DNA of 47,816 nt from Candidatus Moraniibacteriota bacterium (GCA_027351145.1 DAIEIZ010000076.1:1-47816), one strand, 5' to 3'; positions 28,416-37,178 are shown, numbered from the stretch's first letter. Program-made: numbers and translations. The notes: generated by a model from the sequence alone, not told the origin.

Positions 28416-28494
28416 TGAAGCTAGGGAGCGCTATTTCGACATTATGCAGGTCTTTTATTTGAGCCTGAGCATACCCACCCAAAAAAATACTTTC

Positions 28495-28566
28495 GGGACC
28501 ATAGCTCAGCGGTAGAGCAGGGGACTCATAATCTCTTGGTCGCTGGTCCGAATCCAGCTGGTCCCA
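28495..28566 (+). tRNA. tRNA with CAT anticodon (elongator Met or lysidine-dependent Ile2)
   Basis: Acceptor GGGACCA/TGGTCCC with positions 1:72 paired, so not initiator-like. Anticodon loop CTCATAA, T-loop TCCGAAT. Confidence 0.85.
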
Positions 28567-28572
28567 CATACT

Positions 28573-28600
28573 AAAAAAGCTACTCATGAGTAGCTTTTTA
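28573..28600. terminator. Bidirectional terminator between the tRNAs and the convergent recombinase gene
   Basis: 26-nt perfect palindrome AAAAAGCTACTCATGAGTAGCTTTTT. Confidence 0.8.
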
Positions 28601-28632
28601 TATTAGCTCTTATTACCTATACTACACACCTA

Positions 28633-29568
28633 CTATCTTTTTCTCTTTGAATGAAACGCTTGATGAATCTCTTTTAATTGCTTATTAGTAACATGAGTAT
28701 AAACCTGTGTGGTTGTGATCGAGGAATGGCCAAGCATGGCCTGTACCGAGCGAATATCAGCACCATTAATGAGTAAATCAGTGGCAAAAGAATGTCTAAG
28801 TGTGTGCGGATGGACATCTTTCACAATTCCCGCTTTTGTCGCATAGTATTTAACAATTCTTTGTACTGATCTAGGGGTTAATCTCAGGTTATCCACAGGT
28901 TTTTTAATGTTTTTACCATCAAACTTCCTTAATCCGGCAACATCCCTGACAAAAAGTGCAGGGTCTGTGTCCATCCTTTTCTCCAAATAGCGCATTATTG
29001 CTTGTGAAGCAGAATCGGATATAAACACCACCCGCACTTTATCACCCTTACCACGTACACTAAGCTCTCTCCCTCTGAGGTCAATTTTTTCCCGATTAAT
29101 GCCTGTTAGTTCTGAAACGCGTAAGCCGGCGGAGAACAAAAGCTCCAAAATAGCCCGGTCGCGAAGACTTTTTAAATCTCTCCCGCTCGCTTCAGATAGT
29201 ATTCGCTCAACCTCATCCATTTCCAAAAAATCCACCTCTCTCATGACGGACTTCCCCATTTCAATCTTGTCAGCTTGAAGCGTTTTAATGTCTCTTTTGA
29301 CCAAAAACTTAAGAAAACCACGAATCGCAATAACATAATAACCCTGAGTGATTTTTTTTAGTTTCTGACCATTACCATCCTCATAACGATTAAGATAAAT
29401 CCGAAAATTTCTCACCACTTCGGCCGTAATTTGTTCCGGCTTCGTGATTTTCGCCCACTCCAAAAAACGGTTGAGATAATGATCATAATTTTCAATCGTT
29501 TTTTGCGAACGACCTTTCTCGATTTCCAAATATTCCAGAAATTGAATCTTAAGTTTACGAATTTCCAT
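28633..29568 (-). CDS. Tyrosine site-specific recombinase, XerC/XerD family
   Basis: N-terminal SAM-like domain (FLEYLEIEKGRSQKTIENY). Catalytic region GLRVSELTG, HPHTLRHSFATDLL, LGHSSITTTQVYTHV. Confidence 0.9.
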   Translation of the reverse strand: MEIRKLKIQFLEYLEIEKGRSQKTIENYDHYLNRFLEWAKITKPEQITAEVVRNFRIYLNRYEDGNGQKLKKITQGYYVIAIRGFLKFLVKRDIKTLQADKIEMGKSVMREVDFLEMDEVERILSEASGRDLKSLRDRAILELLFSAGLRVSELTGINREKIDLRGRELSVRGKGDKVRVVFISDSASQAIMRYLEKRMDTDPALFVRDVAGLRKFDGKNIKKPVDNLRLTPRSVQRIVKYYATKAGIVKDVHPHTLRHSFATDLLINGADIRSVQAMLGHSSITTTQVYTHVTNKQLKEIHQAFHSKRKR

Positions 29569-29574
29569 AACCCA

Positions 29575-29580
29575 ATTCTA
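29575..29580 (-). promoter_or_regulatory. -10 box TAGAAT 6 nt upstream of the recombinase ATG
   Basis: Minus strand reads TAGAAT-TGGGTT-ATG. Confidence 0.4.
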
Positions 29581-29594
29581 CACCAAAAAACCAA

Positions 29595-29623
29595 TTGACA
29601 AAAACCCCCACCTGAACTATACT
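29595..29623 (+). promoter_or_regulatory. Near-consensus sigma-70 promoter
   Basis: TTGACA-N17-TATACT, about 175 nt upstream of the LysM-CHAP ORF. Confidence 0.65.
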
Positions 29624-29643
29624 GTCTAGCAGGTAAAAATTAA

Positions 29644-29706
29644 GGTTTTAGTATCAAGGTTTGTCTCGATATTCCTCTAAGACAAGGCAAAATTCTTGCT
29701 AAAACC
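29644..29706 (+). promoter_or_regulatory. Structured 5' leader element (extended hairpin), family not recognised
   Basis: GGTTTTAG..CAAG pairs with CTTG-CTAAAACC and encloses TTGTCT/AGACAA with a 13-nt loop. A second hairpin ATTAGT-AAA-ACTAAT and the 21-nt palindrome GCTTTTTTGG-C-CCAAAAAAGC lie downstream, the latter at the start codon. Confidence 0.35.
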
Positions 29707-29802
29707 ATATGAAAGGTTAATTGTATTAGTAAACTAATTCAAACAACTTCTCGAAATATCTCTTGTAGAAAAAATTTAAAGACACTTATCACTAGGGCTT
29801 TT

Positions 29803-30918
29803 TTGGCCCAAAAAAGCATAGTAGTTTTTATTAAAAAACGCCGCACAGTGAAGCTTTTGCATGTTTTCAGAAACTATTCTTCCTTTGTTGTAGTCGCTTC
29901 AAGTGCACTTCTGGTTTCTGCGACCAACCTTTCTACCGGGCAAAATTCCAGCGGATTTCTTTTTGGCTATCTCGAAACAGGCAACACTGACAACTACGCA
30001 AGCCCGCTAGAAGATAAAATGTTTTTAAATTCCAATAAAAAAACCTCTCTAGCCCTTGCGCCACTACTTGAAGCAACGGCTATGCCGGATCCCACGCTAA
30101 AGCCTGACGATAAAAAATCAGATCCTGTACTTATGCAAGGCAACGCTCTGGTTTGTGAAAACAGTCCGGTACTTAAAGATCCCGAAGAAGACGGTGGTGT
30201 GGTTATTTATGAAGTTAAAAATGGTGATACTATGGGATCGATTGCTGCAGCCAATCATGTCAGTGTGAACACCTTGCTTTGGGCCAATGCTATCGACAAT
30301 GTTGATTCCATTATGCCTGGAGATAAAATCTTTATTCTGCCAGTCTCAGGCGTCACATACACCGTTAAAAGTGGCGACGATATTAACAGCATTGCTAAGC
30401 AATTCAAAGCGGACAAAGATAAAATTATTGCTTTCAATTCTCTTCATCTCGATGGAGAGGTAACGCCTGGAGAAACTATTACCATTCCTGATGGACAAAA
30501 AGATATTCCAGCACCAAAACCAGCAACTCCAAGTGGAACAACTGGCCTAGGAATCGCTCCGCGTCCCTATGAATCATTCGACTCGGCTGGAAAAACACTT
30601 GATGGAGGAAAATCAAGTCATGCATTTCCTTATGGCTATTGCACATGGTATGTTGCACAAAAAAGAAATATTCCTTGGGGTGGCAATGCCGGAACCTGGC
30701 TTTATCATGCAAAGGCTGCTGGATATGCCACTAGCAAAACTCCTACTGTTGGAGCTGTCATGGTCACTTCGGAATCTTGGTGGGGGCATGTAGCCCTCGT
30801 AGAGAGTGTTAGCGCCAACACATTCACCGTTTCTGAAATGAACTATAAAGGTTGGGGCAAGAAAGATGTTCGCGTAGTTGATAAAGCTAGCCGAGTTATT
30901 AAAGGGTTTATAAAATAA
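29803..30918 (+). CDS. LysM-repeat / CHAP-domain peptidoglycan hydrolase
   Basis: Two LysM modules (YEVKNGDTMGSIAAANHVSVNTLLWAN and YTVKSGDDINSIAKQFKADKDKIIAFN). C-terminal CHAP-like GYCTWYVAQKR...WWGHVALVESV. The start is uncertain (TTG 29803). Confidence 0.85.
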   Translation: MAQKSIVVFIKKRRTVKLLHVFRNYSSFVVVASSALLVSATNLSTGQNSSGFLFGYLETGNTDNYASPLEDKMFLNSNKKTSLALAPLLEATAMPDPTLKPDDKKSDPVLMQGNALVCENSPVLKDPEEDGGVVIYEVKNGDTMGSIAAANHVSVNTLLWANAIDNVDSIMPGDKIFILPVSGVTYTVKSGDDINSIAKQFKADKDKIIAFNSLHLDGEVTPGETITIPDGQKDIPAPKPATPSGTTGLGIAPRPYESFDSAGKTLDGGKSSHAFPYGYCTWYVAQKRNIPWGGNAGTWLYHAKAAGYATSKTPTVGAVMVTSESWWGHVALVESVSANTFTVSEMNYKGWGKKDVRVVDKASRVIKGFIK

Positions 30919-30936
30919 TATTTCCGATCTGCATTT

Positions 30937-30971
30937 AAAAAACGTCCCGGATTATTTTGGGACGTTTTTTA
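30937..30971. terminator. Bidirectional terminator (hydrolase gene / pcrA convergent)
   Basis: AAAAAACGTCCC-GGATTATTTT-GGGACGTTTTTT. Confidence 0.85.
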
Positions 30972-30986
30972 TGCATAAAGTTAAAC

Positions 30987-33158
30987 TTATTCTATTCTCC
31001 GGATAGGCGCGAGTGAACTGGAAAGCTTTTTCAGTCCAACCGCCTTAAAAGCAACCGTGATAATATCGCCCTGCGAAGAGATCACCAATCCTTCGCCAAA
31101 TTTTTCATGACTGATTCTTTCTCCGCCTTTGTAGTATGTTTTCATTTCCGTCAAAATGGTTTTTTTTCTCCCTGACATATATTTTTCGGCGCGGGCGTTT
31201 ATCATAAACGGTTCAGCTTCAACCAATTCCGCCGGAATATCGTCCAAAAACCGTGAAGGTGCATTAATTTGAGTCGAACCAAAAATCGTACGCATTTTCG
31301 CAAACAACAAATAGACCTTTTGTTTAGCCCGCGTAATTCCAACATACATCAGTCGTCGCTCTTCTTCCATTTCAATCTCAGAAAGCATACTGCGCGAATG
31401 TGGCAAAATACCCTCTTCAAGACCAATAATAAATACGCATTGAAACTCCAACCCCTTAGCACTGTGAAGAGTCATAAGATGCACCGCCTCGCTCGACTGA
31501 TCAATATTATCCGTGTCCGCTACCAGCGCCACTTCTTCCAGAAACAAACGCAGACCTTCTCCATTTTCAAAAGCATCATATTTTTTCGCCACAGTGAGAA
31601 GTTCCTGCACATTTTCTTGCCTCATCTGGCCCTCATCCGTTCCATCAAGCAACTGTTTTTCATAACCGCTTTCAAAAAAAACTTTTTGGATAAAATCGGA
31701 TAATATTAGTTTATTCTTGATTTCTCGCATCTTTTCCACGAATTCGCAAAACTTAGCGATACTGTCAATTTTAGTTTTGATAATTTTGCCAGATGAGCTT
31801 TCCGCTGACTGACGGACCGATATTAACAAACCTGCTGCAACTAAGTCAAGATTATTCGCTTTTGCAAAAGCCACCCACTTTTCCACCGTCTTATCACCAA
31901 TTCCACGCTTCGGTTCATTTATGATTCGCTCGAGTGAAATTTCGTCATTATAATTTTCAATTAGTCGCAAATAAGCAATGACATCCTTAATTTCTTTTCT
32001 TTGATAAAACTTTAATCCGCCAATAATACGATACGGGATTGAATCGCCAAGCAATGCTTCTTCAATGATACGAGATTGCGCATTGGTCCGGTAGAGCACC
32101 ACAATATTGTTTAATTTTACGCCCTTGTTTCGAAGATTTATCACCTCGGAAATAACAAACTGCGCTTCGTCGCTCTCATCCTCAGCCTCATAGGACACTA
32201 AAAGATGTCCGGTTTTATTCTCCGTCCAAATATTTTTATCTTTGCGGTTAATATTCTTAGAAATCACACCATAGGCCGCATCTAGAATTTGCTGAGTTGA
32301 GCGATAATTCTGCTCTAAATTGACCACCTTGGCAACTGGATAGTCTTTTTCAAAATCCAAAATGTTTTGAATGTTGGCTCCGCGCCAAGAATAGATCCCT
32401 TGCCAATCATCCCCCACTACACAAATATTTTTATGCTTATCTGCAAGCATTTTAATAAGCACGTATTGCGCATGATTAGTATCCTGATATTCATCTACCA
32501 TAATATAGTGAAAAATGTTTTGATATTTTTCCAACACTTCCGGATAAGTACGAAAAATCTGGACAAGCAACATCAAAATGTCATCGAAATCCAAGGCGTT
32601 ATTCTTTTTTAATCTTTCTTGATAGGCAATATAGACTTTTGACACAACCTCCTCCCAATAGCCACCAACTGCCGCTTGAAACATTTTCGCATCAATCAGC
32701 TCATTTTTCGCCCTAGAAATTGCGCCAAGAATACTTTGCGGACGAAATTGCGTCGAATCAACATTCAACTCTTTCATCGTTTTTTTCACAAGACTTTGCT
32801 GATCCTGAGCATCAAAGATGTTAAAACTACTCTCGAAGCCGATTTTCCCAATCTCAGAGCGGAGTAGTCGCGCGCAAATGGAATGAAAAGTGCCCACAAG
32901 TGGTAAGTGACCCTTAAAACCTTGTTCAGAAAGTAATTGAGCTATCCGCTCCTGCATTTCTTTGGCCGCTTTATTAGTAAAAGTCACCGCCAAAATCTGC
33001 CCCGGTCGCACACCCTTTTCGCAAATTAAATATGCCGTGCGAAAAGTCAACACTCGCGTTTTACCCGATCCAGCTCCAGCAATCACCAAAACTGGTCCCG
33101 TGGTCGTTTCTACTGCTTCTCTTTGTGAAGAATTTAGATTTTCCAAAAGATTTATCAT
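30987..33158 (-). CDS. pcrA: ATP-dependent DNA helicase PcrA/UvrD (SF1)
   Basis: LNSSQREAV, AGAGSGKTRVL, TFTNKAAKEM, VDEYQDTN, YRS, LMTLHSAKGLEF, VGITRAK. I prefer ATG 33158 (MINLLENL) because TGCTACAAT lies 6 nt upstream. Confidence 0.94.
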   Translation of the reverse strand: MINLLENLNSSQREAVETTTGPVLVIAGAGSGKTRVLTFRTAYLICEKGVRPGQILAVTFTNKAAKEMQERIAQLLSEQGFKGHLPLVGTFHSICARLLRSEIGKIGFESSFNIFDAQDQQSLVKKTMKELNVDSTQFRPQSILGAISRAKNELIDAKMFQAAVGGYWEEVVSKVYIAYQERLKKNNALDFDDILMLLVQIFRTYPEVLEKYQNIFHYIMVDEYQDTNHAQYVLIKMLADKHKNICVVGDDWQGIYSWRGANIQNILDFEKDYPVAKVVNLEQNYRSTQQILDAAYGVISKNINRKDKNIWTENKTGHLLVSYEAEDESDEAQFVISEVINLRNKGVKLNNIVVLYRTNAQSRIIEEALLGDSIPYRIIGGLKFYQRKEIKDVIAYLRLIENYNDEISLERIINEPKRGIGDKTVEKWVAFAKANNLDLVAAGLLISVRQSAESSSGKIIKTKIDSIAKFCEFVEKMREIKNKLILSDFIQKVFFESGYEKQLLDGTDEGQMRQENVQELLTVAKKYDAFENGEGLRLFLEEVALVADTDNIDQSSEAVHLMTLHSAKGLEFQCVFIIGLEEGILPHSRSMLSEIEMEEERRLMYVGITRAKQKVYLLFAKMRTIFGSTQINAPSRFLDDIPAELVEAEPFMINARAEKYMSGRKKTILTEMKTYYKGGERISHEKFGEGLVISSQGDIITVAFKAVGLKKLSSSLAPIRRIE

Positions 33159-33164
33159 AGAAGT

Positions 33165-33173
33165 ATTGTAGCA
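33165..33173 (-). promoter_or_regulatory. Extended -10 box (TGCTACAAT) 6 nt upstream of the pcrA ATG
   Basis: Minus strand reads TGCTACAAT-ACTTCT-ATG. Confidence 0.45.
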
Positions 33174-33333
33174 TAGGAAATTAAAATAAGTAGAGATACG
33201 AAATCTTGCGTCCCCATCAGCGATATTAGGGCTTGCCAAAAAGAGATTTATAATATATCGTTTAAATATAATTATTCATTAGCAAACATCAGTTGACGCA
33301 TAGTCGCAACTTCTGTTTTGCCTCAAAAACGTC

Positions 33334-33603
33334 ATGGCTCTAACGGGAAAGCAAAAAGCGAAAGTAACCAGCGATGTCAAAAGACACGAAAAAGACACTG
33401 GATCGCCAGAATACCAAATTGCTCTTTTCACAGAACAAATCAAGAAATTAACTGCTCATCTCAAAAAAAACGCTAAAGATTTCCATTCTCGACGCGGACT
33501 TCTCAAGATGGTATCAAAACGAAAGCGCCTCCTTGATTACTTGAAAAAAACTAATGAGAAAAATTATAAAGCCTTAATTAAGAAATTAGAACTAAAAGGC
33601 TAG
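33334..33603 (+). CDS. rpsO: 30S ribosomal protein S15
   Basis: 89 aa with GSPEYQIALFTEQIKKLTAHLKKNAKDFHSRRGLLKMVSKRKRLLDYL. Confidence 0.95.
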   Translation: MALTGKQKAKVTSDVKRHEKDTGSPEYQIALFTEQIKKLTAHLKKNAKDFHSRRGLLKMVSKRKRLLDYLKKTNEKNYKALIKKLELKG

Positions 33604-33610
33604 GCCCGCT

Positions 33611-33641
33611 AAAAGCAAAATGTTTAAACATTTTGCTTTTT
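33611..33641 (+). terminator. rpsO terminator
   Basis: GCAAAATGTTTAAACATTTTGC palindromic stem followed by TTTTT. Confidence 0.75.
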
Positions 33642-33669
33642 AGATTAAACTTATAAAAAACAAAACTCT

Positions 33670-34167
33670 ATGAGTATTTACAAAGAACAACGCATTGGTG
33701 TTTTGGTTGACATCCAAAATCTCTACTACAGCGCCAAGGTACTATATGGCAAAAAGGTCAATTTCGGCCAAGTTCTTAAAGAAGCTATTGGTGATCGAAA
33801 ACTAATTCGTGCTATCGCCTATGGAATTAAAACTCTCGAAGGCCAAGAGGAAAAGTTTTTTGATGCTCTGGAAAAAGTTGGCTATGAAGTTAAAACCAAG
33901 GATTTACAAATTTTCCCCGGCGGAGCAAAAAAAGGAGATTGGGATGTGGGAATTGCAGTGGACGCCATTAAAATGTCGAAAACCCTTGACGCCATTATTC
34001 TCGTTTCCGGCGACGGGGATTACATTCCTCTTGTAAAATATATCCAATCAACTACTGGTTGCCGTGTTGAAGGCATCGCCTTTATGGAATCGACTAGCAA
34101 TAAATTAGTTGAAGAATTAGATGATTTTATCAATCTTAGCGAAAATAAGAAGAAGTTCCTAATATAG
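33670..34167 (+). CDS. NYN-domain (LabA/DUF88-like, PIN-fold) protein
   Basis: IGVLVDIQNLYYS, DWDVGIAVDA and ILVSGDGDYIPLV match the acidic-residue pattern of LabA-like NYN domains. Confidence 0.8.
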   Translation: MSIYKEQRIGVLVDIQNLYYSAKVLYGKKVNFGQVLKEAIGDRKLIRAIAYGIKTLEGQEEKFFDALEKVGYEVKTKDLQIFPGGAKKGDWDVGIAVDAIKMSKTLDAIILVSGDGDYIPLVKYIQSTTGCRVEGIAFMESTSNKLVEELDDFINLSENKKKFLI

Positions 34168-34177
34168 CGTCTTTTAC

Positions 34178-34211
34178 GGGAGCCCCGCCACGGCGGGGGT
34201 CCTTTTGTTTT
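34178..34211 (+). terminator. Strong GC-rich terminator
   Basis: GGGAGCCCCGCC-ACG-GCGGGGGTCC followed by TTTTGTTTT. Confidence 0.85.
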
Positions 34212-34350
34212 GCAAATTTTAATATTTTTCCAACTTGAATCCATAATATGATTTTTAAGCTTATGCTGGTTAGCAAATCATGCAAAGTGAGTTACGAAAC
34301 CCGCTCTTGCAAAATAAATTCAAATATAAATTAAATTCAAATAAATAACT

Positions 34351-34746
34351 ATGTTGCCAGCTACTGCAAAAATAATCACATTTGTAATTATTATTTTTTT
34401 GGCCTATTACATCTATATGTCAATTTGCCTCATGAAGATTGCCAAAAAAACCAACTTGGAAAATGCCTGGCTGGCTTGGATTCCTGTTTTTGACATGCTT
34501 TTGGCAATACAAATTGCCAAAAAACCTATCTGGTGGATTGTATTGTTTTTCCTCCCCTTAACTAACATTATTATTTACACTCTTGTTTGGATGGGAATAT
34601 GCAAAACACTTCGAAAACCTCAATGGCTAGGAATCTTTATGATCATCTCGCCAATCAGTCTCATTATTCCTGGCTATTTAGCTTTCTCCAAAATTAACAA
34701 CACACCCCAAAAGCCACAAATAAAAATCGTCAACATTTCGCTTTAG
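34351..34746 (+). CDS. Small membrane protein (DUF5684-like)
   Basis: Four hydrophobic segments. AWLAWIPVFDMLLAIQIAKKPIWW.. resembles the DUF5684 signature. Confidence 0.6.
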   Translation: MLPATAKIITFVIIIFLAYYIYMSICLMKIAKKTNLENAWLAWIPVFDMLLAIQIAKKPIWWIVLFFLPLTNIIIYTLVWMGICKTLRKPQWLGIFMIISPISLIIPGYLAFSKINNTPQKPQIKIVNISL

Positions 34747-34807
34747 ATAACTTAACCCTCCCTCTCTTTTCCTGGGGATTTTTTATTTCCAGAAAATCGC
34801 ATAAAGC

Positions 34808-34836
34808 TTGCCAAAACCCAAAAAATAGGCTAGACT
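34808..34836 (+). promoter_or_regulatory. Candidate pnp promoter with a leader of about 170 nt
   Basis: TTGCCA-N17-TAGACT. Confidence 0.45.
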
Positions 34837-35005
34837 TAAGCTATTAAATATTTATAAGAAGTCACATTATAAGGCGCAAAAGAGCCAAAGCATGGGGATT
34901 TATGAATTAAGGCTTATAATACACTTTGTAAATCCTAATTCGTAAATCATCGTCATGCATATTTTTTGTCTGTTTTAGGGCCGGATACGACTTCGAAAAA
35001 TTCAA

Positions 35006-37114
35006 ATGGATCAAAAAAAATGGTCTCTCCAAATCGGAGGACGAATTTTGGAGATTGAAACCGGTATTCTGGCCGGACAAGCCAATGGCGCCGTTACTGT
35101 GCGCTATGGTGACACCATTGTGCTTGCCACAGCCGTCATGAGCAAAGGCGCTTCACGCGTTAGTGGATATTTTCCACTCATGGTAGATTTTGAAGAGCGC
35201 TATTATGCAGCAGGAAAAATCAAAGGCTCACGCTTCATCAAACGCGAAGGTCGCCCATCTGATGACGCCGTGCTTTCAGGGCGCGCAGTAGACCGCACAA
35301 TCCGACCACTTTTTAATCACCGTATGCGAAATGACGTGCAAGTAATTGTTACGGTGCTTTCCTATGATGGAGAAAACGACCCTGATGTAATTGCTATTAT
35401 CGCTGCCTCCACCGCACTTGCCATTTCTAATATTCCCTGGAACGGACCAGTGGCAGCAGTGCGCGTCGGAAAAGCTAACGGAGAGTTCGTACTGAATCCT
35501 GTTGCTAATGGAGAATTGGCCGAGGGTGAATTAGACCTTCTGATTTCCGGAAGTGCGGATAAGATAAACATGATCGAAAGTGGTGCAATGGAAATTTCTG
35601 AAGAAGAAATGCTTCGCGCTTTTACATTTGGACAGGAAGCAATCAAGAAAATCATTGGTTTTATCTTGGAAATTCAAAAAGAAGCAGGAAAAGAGAAAAA
35701 CGTGCCAACACTTGTAGCTGGAACACCTGAATTCGAAACCAAGATAAAAGAAATTTTACTCTCCGAAAATCTCGCCGAAGCCCTCTATGACAAAGATAAG
35801 AAAGTAATAGAAGAAAAAATAAGCGCTATCCAAGACAAAGTCAAGGAATACATCAAAACGACTTTCCCGGAAGAAGAAGCGAAATTAAAAGAAATAGCCG
35901 AAATTGTTTTTGAAGAGGTATCCGATGAAATCGTGCACAAAAATATTTTAGAAAAAGAACTGCGCCCGGATTCTCGAAAATTAGATGAAATACGTCACAT
36001 CGAATGTCGCACCGGAATTCTACCAAGAACTCATGGAACGGGACTTTTCACTCGCGGAGAAACACAAGCGCTCACAGTGACCACGCTTGGCTCTCCCGGA
36101 GATCAGCAAATTATTGACACCATGGAGGTGGACATGAAAAAACGCTACATTCATCACTACAACTTCCCTCCATATTCCGTTGGCGAGGTTCGCCCAATGC
36201 GAGGACCAGGCCGACGCGAAGTAGGGCATGGAGCGCTCGCAGAAAAAGCGCTTGTTCCAGTTTTGCCTTCCAAGGAAGAATTTCCATACACAATCCTTTT
36301 GGTTTCTGAGATTCTTTCTTCTAATGGATCATCTTCGATGGCTTCGACTTGCGGATCAACCCTGTCGCTAATGGACGCTGGGGTACCGCTTAAACGTCCA
36401 GTTTCCGGCATTGCCATGGGAATAATTGTCGGAAAAGACAATCAATTCAAAATCCTCACTGACATTCAAGGTCTTGAAGATCACTATGGCGACATGGATT
36501 TCAAGGTGGCTGGCACAGAAAAAGGCATCACCGCCATGCAAATGGATGTGAAAGTGGATGGCGTCACTCTCGAAATGCTTTCTGCTGTACTCACACAGTC
36601 CCATCAAAATCGCTTAGAAATTTTGAAAAAAATCACAGATACACTTCCTGCACCACGAACAGAAATGTCCCAATATGCGCCGAGAATCATCACTATACAA
36701 ATCAATCCTGAAAAGATTAGAAATGTCATAGGAACAGGTGGAAAAATCATCAATGAAATCATTGATCAGACGGGCGTGCAAATTGACATTGAAGATAGTG
36801 GTATGATTTTTATCACCTCTCCCGATCAAGTTTCTGCCGCTAAGGCCAAGGAATGGATTGATAATCTCACTCACGAAATAAAGGCGGGGGAATTCTTTAG
36901 CGCCAAAGTAACGCGCATAATGGCCTTTGGGGCCTTCGCTGAAATTCTTCCTGGGCAAGAAGGACTTATTCACATTTCTGAAATCGCAGAACGTCGCATT
37001 GAAAAAGTAGAAGATGTTTTAAGTGTTGGCGATATTGTTCGAGTAAAAGTCAAAGAGATCGATTCTCAAGGTCGAATCAATCTTTCAGCAAGACTTGCGC
37101 AACAGCAGAAATAA
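35006..37114 (+). CDS. pnp: Polyribonucleotide nucleotidyltransferase (PNPase)
   Basis: Two RNase PH domains (FTRGETQALTVTTLG, GSSSMASTCGSTLSLMDAGVP), a KH domain (IGTGGKIINEI) and an S1 domain (AFGAFAEILPGQEGLIHISE). Confidence 0.96.
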   Translation: MDQKKWSLQIGGRILEIETGILAGQANGAVTVRYGDTIVLATAVMSKGASRVSGYFPLMVDFEERYYAAGKIKGSRFIKREGRPSDDAVLSGRAVDRTIRPLFNHRMRNDVQVIVTVLSYDGENDPDVIAIIAASTALAISNIPWNGPVAAVRVGKANGEFVLNPVANGELAEGELDLLISGSADKINMIESGAMEISEEEMLRAFTFGQEAIKKIIGFILEIQKEAGKEKNVPTLVAGTPEFETKIKEILLSENLAEALYDKDKKVIEEKISAIQDKVKEYIKTTFPEEEAKLKEIAEIVFEEVSDEIVHKNILEKELRPDSRKLDEIRHIECRTGILPRTHGTGLFTRGETQALTVTTLGSPGDQQIIDTMEVDMKKRYIHHYNFPPYSVGEVRPMRGPGRREVGHGALAEKALVPVLPSKEEFPYTILLVSEILSSNGSSSMASTCGSTLSLMDAGVPLKRPVSGIAMGIIVGKDNQFKILTDIQGLEDHYGDMDFKVAGTEKGITAMQMDVKVDGVTLEMLSAVLTQSHQNRLEILKKITDTLPAPRTEMSQYAPRIITIQINPEKIRNVIGTGGKIINEIIDQTGVQIDIEDSGMIFITSPDQVSAAKAKEWIDNLTHEIKAGEFFSAKVTRIMAFGAFAEILPGQEGLIHISEIAERRIEKVEDVLSVGDIVRVKVKEIDSQGRINLSARLAQQQK

Positions 37115-37146
37115 AAATTAGTCAAAAATTGAATTATGTTTTATAA

Positions 37147-37178
37147 TAGAAGCGGATGGTTTCCGCTTCTATTTTTTT
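37147..37178 (+). terminator. pnp terminator
   Basis: TAGAAGCGGA-TGGTT-TCCGCTTCTA followed by T7. Confidence 0.85.

Noticed and set aside
28339-28587. An 82-aa minus-strand ORF.
   Set aside because: It spans two well-formed tRNA genes (Val-GAC and the CAT tRNA) and the terminator, so it is not credible as a CDS.
28320-30918. A tyrosine recombinase next to tRNA genes, which could mark an integrated genomic island or prophage.
   Set aside because: The recombinase has the XerC/XerD layout and size. The flanking genes are ordinary chromosomal functions (LysM-CHAP hydrolase, pcrA). I found no direct repeat of the tRNA 3' end downstream.
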